Source: a virus. From it: a stretch of 46,940 bases of DNA. The position numbers were made by a program, and so were the translations under genes. Shown here one piece after another: positions 29,309 to 37,669 of this stretch (position 1 is the stretch's first letter; each line of letters begins with the position of its first letter). The notes under the pieces were generated by a model, which worked only from the letters and a program-made list of their open reading frames with translations, was not told where the DNA came from and searched no databases. The DNA lies in the IMG/VR virus record IMGVR_UViG_3300025117_001212. One strand, 5' to 3'.

Positions 29309-30112
29309 TTAAATGTTAATGGATTTTCTAAATGGATTATCTGTAGCCCAATCTTTATTCAATCTTTCAACAAACATCTTATATAGAACTTCAAAATTTA
29401 TGTCAAGGTTCGCCTCCTTTCTATAGTCATTCACTAGCTGATTTGTAACTTCAACTAGAGATTCTATATTAGAAAATTGAGTCACAATAATATTGTAGGC
29501 AGTGTCTATTATCTGACCAAACTGTGTGTTTCCAAGTTTTACTTCTGTTAATGCGTAAATCAATATTTCAAACTTGTCAACACCAGAAACAAGTAATCCT
29601 TCTTCACTGCCATCTTTTGAAGACTTCCATAGATTTATATAGTATTGCTTGATATTCTCTGGAAGCCCTTCAAACACTTCTTGCTCTACGCATTTAATAG
29701 CAATTGTTTTGAATAATGCTGATACCTGATCAGATCCATGTTTAACTGGAAACAAAATGTCGCCAGTTACACTTTCTTCTATATCATGGATAAGGGCTCT
29801 TTTAATAACTTCTGATGTATCATATCTTTTTAATTTACTATTTTCAAGATCAGCAAACAACATTGCATAGAGGGCAGTATAGAATGAATGTTCAGAAACT
29901 GGATATTTTCCAATATGCGGAGTATTTGAACATCTGTCTATGCTGCATAATCTGCGTGCCCTGAACACAAAATCTGATATATGACGTTTCTCTAATTCTT
30001 TGGAGTTAGAGCATCTACCATTTAAGGTAGAACTTTCTAGTTTCAACGGACTCAATGAGTCCTCCACATGGTTGCGCCCCAACCTTTTTTCACCTAAGCT
30101 GCTTTTTTCCAT
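29309..30112 (-). CDS. HD-domain 5'-deoxynucleotidase (YfbR-like) with a 44-aa N-terminal extension encoded by TnpB omega-RNA
   Basis: VSEHSF, ALIHDIEESVTGDI, DKFE; the first 44 codons are the omega-RNA scaffold. Confidence 0.85.
   Translation of the reverse strand: MEKSSLGEKRLGRNHVEDSLSPLKLESSTLNGRCSNSKELEKRHISDFVFRARRLCSIDRCSNTPHIGKYPVSEHSFYTALYAMLFADLENSKLKRYDTSEVIKRALIHDIEESVTGDILFPVKHGSDQVSALFKTIAIKCVEQEVFEGLPENIKQYYINLWKSSKDGSEEGLLVSGVDKFEILIYALTEVKLGNTQFGQIIDTAYNIIVTQFSNIESLVEVTNQLVNDYRKEANLDINFEVLYKMFVERLNKDWATDNPFRKSINI
29961..30110 (-). ncRNA. TnpB omega-RNA copy 2 (scaffold ends 29981; guide about 29980-29961)
   Basis: Same conserved block ending GAAACGTCAT. Confidence 0.8.
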
Positions 30113-31269
30113 TATCTGATTCCCTTCTTTTTGATATTTATAGCAGCATTATGATCTGCATTTAATTCATATCCACACTTCAAACATCTGAACTCACTTT
30201 GAGATCTCCTATTTCTCTTATGAATGAAACCGCATTTACTACATTTCCTAGAAGTATTCTCAGGATTTACCCTAATCACCTTTTTGTTAAACCAAGAACT
30301 CTTATACTCTAATATTGAAATCAGTTGTCCCCAAGACTGATTCAGTATTTCCCTATTGAGCCCTGATTTAGCACTGACACCACTTCTATGAGATCCATCA
30401 TCAGTTTTATTTACTTGTCTAGTCATATTCTTGATCTTTAAGTCTTCAATGTAGATCATATCATACTTCTTTACTAACTTCTTAGAAACTTTATCTAAGT
30501 AATCTTTTCTCTTGTCTCTAAGTTTCTTATTCAATCTAGATAGTGATTGCTTGGTTTTTGCACGACTAATAGATTGAATCTTTTTCATTTTATGTTTTTT
30601 ATTTTTTCTAGTCCTCCTTTCTAGTTTTCTCTGTGTTGATTTAATCTTTTTCAGTAACTCTTCATCTTCAAATTTATCAATCACTTTTCCATTAGAAAGA
30701 GTTGCTAATCTTACTGTTCCTAAATCTAACCCGACTTTTCTACCTGACATTGGAGTTCTAAATATACTGAATTGATGACAGATATAAAGACACCAATTGT
30801 TCCCTTGCTTTTTAATGGTTACATTTTTAATATCTTTAAGATTAATATTAATTCTAGGTTTGATTCTAATAAATCCAATTTTAGGAATCTTAATTGATTT
30901 TTTAGATTTAGATATTTTAATGTTTTGATTAACCCTAAAACTTTCTTTAGATTTTCTTTTCTTTTTAAACTTAGGAAATCCAAATTCTGATTTGAAGCAA
31001 TTTTTTAGTGCTTTATCTAGATCTAAGCATTGTTGTTGAAGTGGTTGGCTAGGAGATAGTTTTAGCCATTCATATCCTTTATACTGTTTTAATCTAGTTA
31101 ACTCTTTACACATATCATACCCAAACAGGAACTTACCACTAACAAAATGATGTTTAATGTTTCTCATTAAGAAGTGATTCCATGTAAATCTATTATTACC
31201 ACAAAACTGATTAAACATCTGTTCTTGCGATTTAGTAGGATAGATTTTATATGTAAAAGATTTTATCAT
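30112..31269 (-). CDS. tnpB: TnpB RNA-guided endonuclease, copy 2
   Basis: GLDLG, IEDL, zinc finger, NADHNAA; close paralogue of copy 1. Confidence 0.95.
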   Translation of the reverse strand: MIKSFTYKIYPTKSQEQMFNQFCGNNRFTWNHFLMRNIKHHFVSGKFLFGYDMCKELTRLKQYKGYEWLKLSPSQPLQQQCLDLDKALKNCFKSEFGFPKFKKKRKSKESFRVNQNIKISKSKKSIKIPKIGFIRIKPRININLKDIKNVTIKKQGNNWCLYICHQFSIFRTPMSGRKVGLDLGTVRLATLSNGKVIDKFEDEELLKKIKSTQRKLERRTRKNKKHKMKKIQSISRAKTKQSLSRLNKKLRDKRKDYLDKVSKKLVKKYDMIYIEDLKIKNMTRQVNKTDDGSHRSGVSAKSGLNREILNQSWGQLISILEYKSSWFNKKVIRVNPENTSRKCSKCGFIHKRNRRSQSEFRCLKCGYELNADHNAAINIKKKGIR

Positions 31270-31307
31270 TGTTAAAATTTGTTAAGTTATTTAGCTCTTT
31301 AATTTAT

Positions 31308-31336
31308 ATTATACAACAGTTATGCCACAATTGCAA
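31308..31336 (-). promoter_or_regulatory. Sigma70-type promoter for tnpB copy 2
   Basis: TTGCAA-17 nt-TATAAT. Confidence 0.7.
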
Positions 31337-31362
31337 CAAAAATTTTATATATTCATTGAAGA

Positions 31363-31593
31363 TTATGCTTTGATTGGTTTAAATGTACCTTTATTAATTT
31401 CATGTAAGAAAAAACCTTTTGAAAATATATCTATGTGGCCATTGTTATATTTTACAGTAAGAAATAGTTTATTTAAATTTATATTGAGAAAGATTCTAAA
31501 TATTTCAAAAGTATTACTTTCAGGAAATATTGGTTGCAGGTTTTTATATTTACTTCCTATTGGATATTTTTTTCTAAATGTATATGAATTCAT
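31363..31593 (-). CDS. Small protein of the MNxYT.RKKY..G family
   Basis: MNSYTFRKKYPIGSKY; ATGA overlap. Confidence 0.65.
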   Translation of the reverse strand: MNSYTFRKKYPIGSKYKNLQPIFPESNTFEIFRIFLNINLNKLFLTVKYNNGHIDIFSKGFFLHEINKGTFKPIKA

Positions 31594-31823
31594 ATTGGTA
31601 CTAGCCTTTTATCTCTTAGCATTCTTTCAAAAAGTTCAATACTATAGCTGTTTGAATTAATAAATCTAGACTTAACATCAAAGGTTATTACAATTCCGCC
31701 AGGATAACTATCAAATTCCTTAATTGTGTAGATATCATCTTCATTATCCTCCATATAAATTACTCTTTTCATTTTATATTTACTTCCAACAGGATATTTC
31801 TTTCTTATTGTATATAAGTTCAT
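31590..31823 (-). CDS. Small protein of the MNxYT.RKKY..G family
   Basis: MNLYTIRKKYPVGSKY; ATGA overlap. Confidence 0.65.
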   Translation of the reverse strand: MNLYTIRKKYPVGSKYKMKRVIYMEDNEDDIYTIKEFDSYPGGIVITFDVKSRFINSNSYSIELFERMLRDKRLVPI

Positions 31824-32023
31824 TCTATAACTCTTAATTGTGAGTAATGCCAAATTATTTCTCTTCCATCATCTATGCAATTAAGGAGTAAATGGCCAGT
31901 AAAAGGAATATATATATCTTTAACTATGAATTTTTTACCAACATCTTGTGGAGTATTGGTATATTTAATAGGAGTTAATATTGTTCCTGGTTTATATTTC
32001 TTTCTTATTGTATATAGATTCAC
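31820..32023 (-). CDS. Small protein of the MNxYT.RKKY..G family
   Basis: MNLYTIRKKYKPGT; ATGA overlap. Confidence 0.65.
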   Translation of the reverse strand: MNLYTIRKKYKPGTILTPIKYTNTPQDVGKKFIVKDIYIPFTGHLLLNCIDDGREIIWHYSQLRVIE

Positions 32024-32974
32024 TTCAATACCTTAATGTATGCTTCTGGTTCATTACCTAAAGCAATTTGCGGTTCATTCATCCTAGACATTGATTTGAA
32101 CCCAGATATTTTAAGTGGCATATCTACTTTAATAGTTATATCCTTTTTATCTAATTTAGCAATCATATCAGACCATAAAACAATATTATACGTATCCCCA
32201 ATATTGGATAGATTTAAGATAGCCATCTTTCCACGCTTAGAATTAATATATCTAACTGATGAAACAATTCCAGCAACTACTATACGTTGACCAGTTCTAG
32301 CCAATGAAAATTTTTCATACGGTATTACACCTTTGAGTTGATCAGGGAATAGTTCTTCTACTGATTGTTTAAAATAAGGCATAACCTTACTCGCTTCAAA
32401 ATCCCATTGTTTTTTCTTTAGTGGTTCAAATGTTTCATTGATTTTATGAAGTTTATAGAATCTTTTTATTAACTTATTTCGCTTACTAAATTCATTAAGA
32501 GAATTAGTTGTTATCAACAATCTAAATATTTTGACGTTCACAATTCTTTTATTAACAGTTTCATAAATATGTTTGAAAGAGTCATATGGTTGATGTTTTA
32601 CTATTTCGTTAGCTGCACTAATTCCTATTCCTTTAATACTTGTGAAAGGCCAAACTATTTCATCATCATTGATGGAAAAATTGACCTTAGATAAGTTTAT
32701 ATCTGGCATGTGGTACTTTATACCATAGTATTTTTCTGAAACAGCCTTGATGCCTTCATACTCGTCATCAGTTGCTTGTGATAATAATGAACAGAAAAAC
32801 TCTAATGGATATTTAACCTTAAGATATTGTGTCGCATTAGCGACTAATGCATAAGAAGTCGCATGAGCTTTCCTTACATTACGGGAAACAATATTGTCCG
32901 AACGCATGAAGCTCAGACCATATTGTTTCCGCTGCCCTCCTTGCTTTATCTTTTGATTTAAAATGCTTTTTCAT
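32020..32974 (-). CDS. dnaE: DNA polymerase III alpha, C-terminal part, interrupted by a 10-nt gap (32872-32881)
   Basis: 32974..32882 encodes MKKHFKSKDKARRAAETIWSELHAFGQYCFP; 32871..32020 continues KAHATSYA..YLKVKYPLEFF, PDINLS, IKGIG (HhH) and an OB fold. Confidence 0.85.
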
Positions 32975-33004
32975 TATTTATCCATTATGGTATTAATGTT
33001 TGTT

Positions 33005-33187
33005 TTATAATATTTCTCCTTTAAGGATAATTTGCCGTAATTTTTCCCCATCAGGAGAAATTATAACCCCAGTCCCATTACAATCGGTACATTTAGCGTC
33101 ATCATCTTCGTCGTATCGTGATTTTATTCCTGAACCTCCACACACTTGACATGTCATTGTCATTTCTTGGATTAGTTCATCAATCAT
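33005..33187 (-). CDS. DnaJ-type zinc-finger protein resembling anti-TRAP
   Basis: CQVCGGSG...CTDCNGTGVIISPDGEKL. Confidence 0.6.
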   Translation of the reverse strand: MIDELIQEMTMTCQVCGGSGIKSRYDEDDDAKCTDCNGTGVIISPDGEKLRQIILKGEIL

Positions 33188-33380
33188 AAAAGTGCCCTTC
33201 TGTTTCATCTCTCCATTCAACTTCTCTTTCAACTTCATCATATAATTCTTCATATTTATCTTCAAACCAATCTTGATTTAGTAAATATTTAAGATAACCG
33301 GATTCTACTTCTTGGACTAGTTTCCCTTTATGTTTGCCGAAATAGAAACGATATTTCTTTTCAGTAAATTGTGTTGGCAT
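33180..33380 (-). CDS. DUF3820-like small protein
   Basis: FYFGKHKGKLVQEVESGYLKYL. Confidence 0.65.
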   Translation of the reverse strand: MPTQFTEKKYRFYFGKHKGKLVQEVESGYLKYLLNQDWFEDKYEELYDEVEREVEWRDETEGHFYD

Positions 33381-33382
33381 GA

Positions 33383-33595
33383 TTACGCCTTTTTCTTTTT
33401 ACTTTGTTTAGATTCAACCTTAAGAATTTTTGTTACAGTAATGACAAAATCACTAAAAACGGCTGGTTTTCCACGATTGTTATACCCACTATAAGTTTTA
33501 ACATTCATAACCCGAGCCGTTCCACCTTGATAATCAAAAGATTCGCCGTTATAAAATAGTTCAAACAATTCTTCATATGTATATTTTGTTCCCAT
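33383..33595 (-). CDS. Hypothetical protein
   Basis: Packed small ORF in the dnaE gap. Confidence 0.5.
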   Translation of the reverse strand: MGTKYTYEELFELFYNGESFDYQGGTARVMNVKTYSGYNNRGKPAVFSDFVITVTKILKVESKQSKKKKA

Positions 33596-33599
33596 ATTT

Positions 33600-33863
33600 T
33601 CACCACTTCATTTTCTTTGCGAGTTTTCTAATTCTGTTAGACATTGCCATTGCTTCTTTCTTATTAAATCTCACCCTTTGAACTGCTAGACTAAAATCTA
33701 TATGAATCATATTATCCATAAGATAAATATTATGTTGGACAGTCCGGAATGGCAGATCTGATGGTGTAGGTTCTTGCTTTTTCTTTAAATCAGCCTCATA
33801 AAATTCTTGAAGTTGTTTTTTCAGTTCTGGTGTTATTGCCGGCTCTTGTGATTCGCTGCTCAT
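33600..33863 (-). CDS. Hypothetical protein
   Basis: AGGAG RBS. Confidence 0.55.
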   Translation of the reverse strand: MSSESQEPAITPELKKQLQEFYEADLKKKQEPTPSDLPFRTVQHNIYLMDNMIHIDFSLAVQRVRFNKKEAMAMSNRIRKLAKKMKW

Positions 33864-33873
33864 GATTCTCCTT

Positions 33874-34194
33874 TTATGTTGAAAGAGTTAATTTAAATGA
33901 AATTCCTCTACGATAACGGTAGTCATCAGTAATGGTGATTGTTAATGTTTTTATCTTGTAGTCATTTAGATTTAAACTACTCCATTTGGTAAATTCTTCA
34001 AGATTTGTGGAACATTTTTCTGATGTTATTACTATTACACCTTCGAGTGATATTTCATTATAACCAAAATTTTCTTGCATCATAACAGCATCAAGTCTGA
34101 ACATTATTGCAAAATTATCATATGTTGTTGGTAAATTTTCTTTAAAATGTTTGATTAAATAATTTTCAAATTTAGTTAGATTATATTTATTCAT
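33874..34194 (-). CDS. Hypothetical protein
   Basis: 106 aa ORF. Confidence 0.5.
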   Translation of the reverse strand: MNKYNLTKFENYLIKHFKENLPTTYDNFAIMFRLDAVMMQENFGYNEISLEGVIVITSEKCSTNLEEFTKWSSLNLNDYKIKTLTITITDDYRYRRGISFKLTLST

Positions 34195-34360
34195 CGATTA
34201 ATATTTTCTCTTGCGGTTCCTCATGATGCTTACCACGGCCTACCGGATTTTCAGGATGCTTCTTGTTCCAAATCTTTGCAGCGGTCTCTTTAGCTTCTTC
34301 ATCAGATTTGCCTTCTTTTTTCAATTTATCTCTAATTTTAACGTATCCTTCTGGTGGCAT
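34187..34360 (-). CDS. Small basic protein not in the ORF track (MPPEGYVKIRDKLKKEGKSDEEAK...)
   Basis: AGGAG RBS before ATG 34360; 57 codons filling the gap between neighbours. Confidence 0.5.
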   Translation of the reverse strand: MPPEGYVKIRDKLKKEGKSDEEAKETAAKIWNKKHPENPVGRGKHHEEPQEKILIDE

Positions 34361-34362
34361 GA

Positions 34363-34740
34363 TTATTCTCCTTCTAGTTTTCTATTTTTAGTCTTGTTTT
34401 TACTTTTTTCAAACCATTGATATCTACACCTTGCACAAGTAAAATAAAATCCATATATTTCAGGAATATCATCTTTTGATGTATCATCATATTCAACTTT
34501 AATATCATAATTTTCTTGCACTTCATTATAATACGGAGGAGGATTTTTAACTATTAAAGGTTTTTTACATGCTGGACAACTATTGTACCTTGATATAACA
34601 ACATCATTATCTTTATTACTTAATCCAAAAGGATTAGATGATTGGGATTCTAATTCTTTACCAGTGTCAATATCTAGTGTAAATGGATTTTTAACTTGTG
34701 GTCCAAATGTAACTCTTCCTACTGTTTCTTTTTTATCCAT
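34363..34740 (-). CDS. Zinc-ribbon protein
   Basis: CPAC...CARC. Confidence 0.55.
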   Translation of the reverse strand: MDKKETVGRVTFGPQVKNPFTLDIDTGKELESQSSNPFGLSNKDNDVVISRYNSCPACKKPLIVKNPPPYYNEVQENYDIKVEYDDTSKDDIPEIYGFYFTCARCRYQWFEKSKNKTKNRKLEGE

Positions 34741-34958
34741 TTATCGTGCTCCTTAATTTTGTTCCAATATAATTGTCTTTCTTCTTCAGAAGAATCTATG
34801 CATGAAGTTTTAAATACACGATAATCCTTGTAATTGGTGGTTCTAACAATAAATGTGCTATCATATGCAACATTAATATCGGGCATATTAGATACCAACG
34901 AAACTAATCCAAGCCTCTTATGTTTAAATACTTTCCCTATTTGACTTTCTTTGTCCAT
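34719..34958 (-). CDS. Hypothetical protein
   Basis: 79 aa ORF overlapping the dnaE-N stop. Confidence 0.5.
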   Translation of the reverse strand: MDKESQIGKVFKHKRLGLVSLVSNMPDINVAYDSTFIVRTTNYKDYRVFKTSCIDSSEEERQLYWNKIKEHDKWIKKKQ

Positions 34959-37669
34959 TTTTTTACAAACCCTTCTATAAATTTTTCTTTGAATTTTCCG
35001 AACTCTTCTGGATTTTTAGACTTAACAATCTTTCTGAGTTTCTCTGAATCAATTGGTGACATTCCTGCAGCTTCAAGTCCCGCCAACATTAAATGTTCAC
35101 TATAGACTAGTACACCCATTGAATCTTTGGTTATTTCGGTGATTGATGGATGAAGTTCTTCTATTTCTTCTCTTCCATTTTTGCGATCAGCATATTTTTC
35201 AAATGCTCCAGCCGCAATTGGCCCAGGTCTATCAGCAGCTATTAGAAATATCAAATCTTCAATGTTATCTGGCTTAGTATTTCTTAAGGTTCCTTTTATT
35301 TTAGAACTACCTAACTGGAAAAACCCGATGTTTTCTCCTTTTGATAGAGTTTTGTAAACTTTCTTATTGCTTAATGGTATGTCTTCCAAATTTAGTTTAA
35401 TTCCATATCTTTTTTTAATTAAGCCAAAAGTATCTTTTATTACAGATAAGGTTTTAACTCCTAAAATATCCATAACCATGACACCGGCTTCATTAAGATG
35501 TTCTACTGAAGTATGTGAATTTTCCCATTGTGTTGTAAATACTCTTTCATCATTTTTACCCTTGCTGACTTTATTTGTTCTTACTGGAAGCCATTCATAG
35601 TATGGGATGGGAGATACTACAATTCCTGCAGGATGTAAGGAAGGGGCATATCTGTTATTTAGAATTGGGTGAACATATTTGAAATACCAATCTTTATTCT
35701 TAGCAAACCATCTTGATACTTCACCAATTTTTGTTATGTCATTTTCATCCCCAATGAGTTTTGTTATTTTGTTTATTTCCATAAAACTAAATGATTCTAA
35801 TCTAGCTTTATACTCAGCAGCTTCTTCAGCAGTTTTAGAATCATTAATTTTTTTATTTAGTTCTTCTGCTTCAACTCTAGCCATGTTCTTAATGGCTGAT
35901 CGTAATTGTGTCCTTCCAAAACTCCCAACAGGACATACCCTGTCTTCACCATACCTTTTCTTTAAATAATCTATTGCCATATCTCTGTAGGTATGGCATA
36001 TGTCTAAGTCAATATCGATATCAGCCATTCTAGCCTCTATACGAGCAGGTGAAATAAATCGTTCAAATAGAATTTTAAATTTGATAGGGTCAACAATTGA
36101 CAAACCAATGAGCCAAAGCACAACACTTCCATTAGCTGATCCTCTTAAAGAACATAGACATCCTTGCTTTTTAAGAAATCTTACTAGATCATCATAAATA
36201 AATATGTACGATATAACACCCATCTTTGTGAAAGCATCTATTTCATAATCTATACGTTTTTTGTATTCCTTTAATGGTGCCGATAATTGATCCTTTCTTT
36301 TCTTTAGGCCCTTCTTTATTCTCCATTTGAGATATTCTAATTCATCTAGTCGTTTTTTCTTATTGCCTGGAAATTTAGCCACACTTATTTTTGGGATTTT
36401 TAATCCACCAGTTTCTAATTCATGATTACATTTGTAAGCAACTTCTAAAGTATTAAGAACAGAAGACTTAAAAACATCGTCCGAGAAATGTTTCTTTTCT
36501 TTATGCGTTTCGTATATATCTTTGAAAGATTTAAACCAAATAGAATCACAATATGTTTCTGATAATTCAGAATCTTTTTCCCTCATCCTCATTACTTTAC
36601 TCTGTATTTCATGTCCACCTTCTTTTAAATAATGAACATCATTTGTAATAACTGTTTTGATATTCATTTCATCAGCAAGTTCTATAAGTCTTCTATTATA
36701 TCTTTTTTGAATGTTTATATCATCTACATAAATATCATGCAATTGCAATTCGAAATATAGATCATCCTTGAACATGTCTTTTAGATCTTGCGCAATTGCC
36801 CTTGCCTTCCTAATTTTGCCGTTAATAAGTTTACTGGCAAGCACACCTTTGAGGCAAGCTGTGAGGACAATGAGACCATCTTTATATTGCTCTAACATTT
36901 GGTAGTCAATACGAGGCCTGTAATAATAATTTTCAGTGCTCCATGCTAATTTTTGGAGAATAAGCATGTTACGATAGCCTATGCTATTCTTAGCTAATAG
37001 AACGATATGGTTACTTGATCTATGATCGCCATCATGAATTGTTGCATCATCAGTTATATATGCTTCAATTCCCATTATTGGTTTTATTCCAGCTTTCTTA
37101 CAAGCTAGATGTAGAGACATATGTGAAGCCATATTACCGTGGTCAGTGACAGCTAGGGCATCCATTCCAAATTCTTTAGCTTGTGCTACATATTTTTCGC
37201 AACTAGTAACTCCGTCCAAAATTGAACTATCGGTATGAACATGTAGGTGGACAAAGTCTGATTTTGAATTAGTAATTTTAGTTTTTTCAATCAACCTCAT
37301 AAGAGAGAATGGAATTGAATAAACGGCTAATCCTATCTTTTTAATGATCCTTATCTTTTTAGATATCATATATTTTGAAACTAAATATGGATCACCTCTA
37401 AAATCTATAATAATATCATCTATTCGTTCTGGAATAGAACGAAATATGCTTAGAGGAATATTTGTTTCTTTAATTTCTCTGAATCCATAGTTAGCTGAAT
37501 AAAAGAAAAATTCTTCACCTAAATCAGATAAGATAATAGCCGTATCATTAGATAATTGTTTTACTTCAGCAGGAACAATATATGTTCCACTCAAAAGAAG
37601 ATCTATTCCTGTCATGGTGATCCTAATTTTAAACATTAGAGGTCTTTGGAGTTCCTCGCCAAAATACAA
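34937..37669 (-). CDS. dnaE: DNA polymerase III alpha, N-terminal part (PHP and catalytic domains)
   Basis: FVHLHVHT, TDHG, TNDVHY, RGSANGS, LFERFISPAR, DIDIDLD, HPAGIVV, MDILG, GFFQL, RPGP. Confidence 0.95.
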   Translation of the reverse strand: MYFGEELQRPLMFKIRITMTGIDLLLSGTYIVPAEVKQLSNDTAIILSDLGEEFFFYSANYGFREIKETNIPLSIFRSIPERIDDIIIDFRGDPYLVSKYMISKKIRIIKKIGLAVYSIPFSLMRLIEKTKITNSKSDFVHLHVHTDSSILDGVTSCEKYVAQAKEFGMDALAVTDHGNMASHMSLHLACKKAGIKPIMGIEAYITDDATIHDGDHRSSNHIVLLAKNSIGYRNMLILQKLAWSTENYYYRPRIDYQMLEQYKDGLIVLTACLKGVLASKLINGKIRKARAIAQDLKDMFKDDLYFELQLHDIYVDDINIQKRYNRRLIELADEMNIKTVITNDVHYLKEGGHEIQSKVMRMREKDSELSETYCDSIWFKSFKDIYETHKEKKHFSDDVFKSSVLNTLEVAYKCNHELETGGLKIPKISVAKFPGNKKKRLDELEYLKWRIKKGLKKRKDQLSAPLKEYKKRIDYEIDAFTKMGVISYIFIYDDLVRFLKKQGCLCSLRGSANGSVVLWLIGLSIVDPIKFKILFERFISPARIEARMADIDIDLDICHTYRDMAIDYLKKRYGEDRVCPVGSFGRTQLRSAIKNMARVEAEELNKKINDSKTAEEAAEYKARLESFSFMEINKITKLIGDENDITKIGEVSRWFAKNKDWYFKYVHPILNNRYAPSLHPAGIVVSPIPYYEWLPVRTNKVSKGKNDERVFTTQWENSHTSVEHLNEAGVMVMDILGVKTLSVIKDTFGLIKKRYGIKLNLEDIPLSNKKVYKTLSKGENIGFFQLGSSKIKGTLRNTKPDNIEDLIFLIAADRPGPIAAGAFEKYADRKNGREEIEELHPSITEITKDSMGVLVYSEHLMLAGLEAAGMSPIDSEKLRKIVKSKNPEEFGKFKEKFIEGFVKKWTKKVK

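Noticed and set aside
32879-32890. Split intein at the Y|CF site as in cyanobacterial DnaE
   Set aside because: No intein N or C sequence and no HN-C/S/T junction before KAH; CFP fits the native motif
34187-34360. KKEGKSDEEAKETAAKIWNK as the missing DnaE segment
   Set aside because: The real segment is at 32974..32882; this ORF has its own RBS and lacks the F.GY.F motif
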